Shown here: positions 62,597 through 64,000 of the stretch, in pieces | Layout of the letters: each line of letters starts with the position of its first letter | How positions within the stretch are numbered: the stretch's first letter is position 1 | Assembly (NCBI GenBank): GCA_038231435.1 | Contig: JBBRLJ010000019.1 | Location: 37,496-101,495 of the forward strand | Length of the DNA stretch: 64,000 nucleotides | Origin: Planctomycetota bacterium | GTDB lineage: Bacteria; Planctomycetota; UBA11346 | Reading direction: 5' to 3' | Made by a program: the position numbers and the translations under genes | Notes under the pieces: generated by a model | What the model saw: the letters and a program-made list of their open reading frames with translations, nothing else | Told to the model about the DNA's origin: nothing | Databases searched by the model: none

Positions 62597-63693
62597 CCCA
62601 GCCCAAGCCCATCCGCGCCGCCATCATCGGTTGCGGCGATATCAGCCGTAGCCACTTCTCGAGCTACACCGCCAACGGCATCGTCGTGGCCGCGGTGTGC
62701 GATCTCGACGAGAAGCTCGCCAAGCGCAAGGCGACCGAATGCGGCCACCCCGACGCCGCGGTGTTCTCGGATCCGCACGCCATGCTCGCGCGTGGCGATA
62801 TCGACCTGGTCACCGTCGCCACTCCCGTGGCCATGCACGCCCCGCTCACCATCGCCGCGCTGCGCGCCGGCAAGCACGTCGCATGCGAGAAGCCCAGCGC
62901 GCTGTCGCTCGAGGAAAACGTCGCCGTGCTCGACGCCAGCCGCAAGGCCGGCAAACAGGTCATCTTCTTCTCGTCGCGCAATCGTTACGGCATGTCGACG
63001 CTCGCCGACCAGCACTGCAAGCGCGGCGACCTCGGCGACATCTACCGGGTCGACGTGCACATGGCGCGCCGCCGCGGCCGGCCAGGCGTGGACATCATCC
63101 AGCACGCAAAATGGTTCGTCGACAACCGCCTCGCCGGCGGCGGCGTGATCATGGACATGGGCCAGTACTACATGGACCAGGTCTTCCATCTCACCGGCTG
63201 GCCCACCATCTCGTCGGTGTCCGCGAGCAGCTTCCGCGGCTTTCCGCACCAGCTCCCCCAAGGCACCACCTTCGATGTCGAAGAGCAGTCCACCATCTTC
63301 GCGCGCGCGGCGAACGGCTGCACCTTCACCTTCGACTTCTCGTGGATCGGCCACCAGAAGCCGCGCAGCGAGGTCATCATCCGCGGCACGCGCGGCGGCA
63401 TCCGCCTCGACACCGAGAGCAAGGACCAGCCCTTCACCTTCTACAAGGATGGCGAAGGCCCGTGGCAGTGGCTCAACACCACCAGCGATTGGCGCGACAA
63501 CACCAGCGGCAACGATCATGTCTACGCCGACCTGGCGAAGGCGATCCGCGGCGAGAAGGTCGATGTCGGAACCACTCCGGAGCAGGCAGTCGCCATCACC
63601 CGCTTCACCCAGATGGCTTTGCGCAGCGCTGCCGCTGGACGCGAAGTCACCGCCGCCGAAGTCCCGATTCCCAAGGCTGCCGCCGCTGCTTAG
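62593..63693 (+). CDS. Gfo/Idh/MocA oxidoreductase
   Basis: IIGCGDIS, AGKHVACEKP, GGGVIMDMGQY; ATGA overlap with the upstream gene. Confidence 0.93.
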   Translation: MTQPKPIRAAIIGCGDISRSHFSSYTANGIVVAAVCDLDEKLAKRKATECGHPDAAVFSDPHAMLARGDIDLVTVATPVAMHAPLTIAALRAGKHVACEKPSALSLEENVAVLDASRKAGKQVIFFSSRNRYGMSTLADQHCKRGDLGDIYRVDVHMARRRGRPGVDIIQHAKWFVDNRLAGGGVIMDMGQYYMDQVFHLTGWPTISSVSASSFRGFPHQLPQGTTFDVEEQSTIFARAANGCTFTFDFSWIGHQKPRSEVIIRGTRGGIRLDTESKDQPFTFYKDGEGPWQWLNTTSDWRDNTSGNDHVYADLAKAIRGEKVDVGTTPEQAVAITRFTQMALRSAAAGREVTAAEVPIPKAAAAA

Positions 63694-64000
63694 GTTTTTC
63701 AGGGGCTCCGCCCCTACGGCCTGGCGGCCTACCCCACGGGCTTTGTCGGGACTCGTTTTCGCCGTGCCGGCGAAAACGTGGGCGGATCGGCTACGCCGAT
63801 TGTATCCGCCCACCGTCCCTCGGCGCCCGCGCGAGTTTTTCAGGGGCTCCGCCCCTACGGCCTGGCGGCCTACCCCACGGGCTTTGTCGGGACTCGTTTT
63901 CGCCGTGCCGGCGAAAACGTGGGCGGATCGGCTACGCCGATTGTATCCGCCCACCGCCACTCGGCGCCCGCGCGAGTTTTTCAGGGGCTCCGCCCCTACG
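63694..64000. repeat. 141-bp tandem array of multi-hairpin REP-like units, truncated at the window end
   Basis: Units at 63694-63834, 63835-63975 and 63976-end; units 1 and 2 differ at two positions; three internal hairpins per unit. Confidence 0.92.

Noticed and set aside
62443..63960. 505-aa minus-strand ORF with a 47-aa repeat
   Set aside because: It is antisense to a clear oxidoreductase, and stays open only because the 141-bp unit is a multiple of 3 and GC-rich.
63694..64000. CRISPR array
   Set aside because: Units are near-identical over the whole 141 bp with no unique spacers, and no cas genes are in the window.

Overview
A very GC-rich bacterial chromosomal segment, most likely from a Planctomycetota lineage. 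The taxon is inferred from a prepilin/H-x9-DG-type protein, a planctomycete-type cytochrome c and a Ser/Thr kinase with GMPL-type LRRs. About 51 CDSs can be supported; I found no rRNA, tRNA, CRISPR array, transposase or phage genes. Main blocks: (1) a glycan-utilisation locus with a clan GH-A hydrolase carrying CBMs, a stand-alone paralogous CBM, GH29, a GH30-like lipoprotein, LacI and a pseudopilin; (2) msrA and an Lhr helicase; (3) a bufferin-type MNIO RiPP cluster (10-Cys repeat-expanded precursor, strong terminator, DUF692, DUF2063, convergent DoxX); (4) a frameshifted kinase-LRR gene; (5) a five-gene circularly permuted ATP-grasp / alpha-E / transglutaminase / DUF2126 operon; (6) a MerR/CarH-like regulator apparently lacking cobalamin ligands, followed by a putative wHTH protein and two stand-alone receivers; (7) two AraC-linked sugar redox/catabolic clusters; (8) two unrelated exported proteins sharing a Cys-Gly C-terminal sorting-like signal; (9) GH78, two GT4s, a RIO1-like kinase, a two-component system and a dienelactone hydrolase; (10) a 141-bp multi-hairpin REP-like tandem array running off the right edge. 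All family calls come from motif recognition by eye, not database searches. Several start codons were moved from the ORF track using RBS or -10 evidence.
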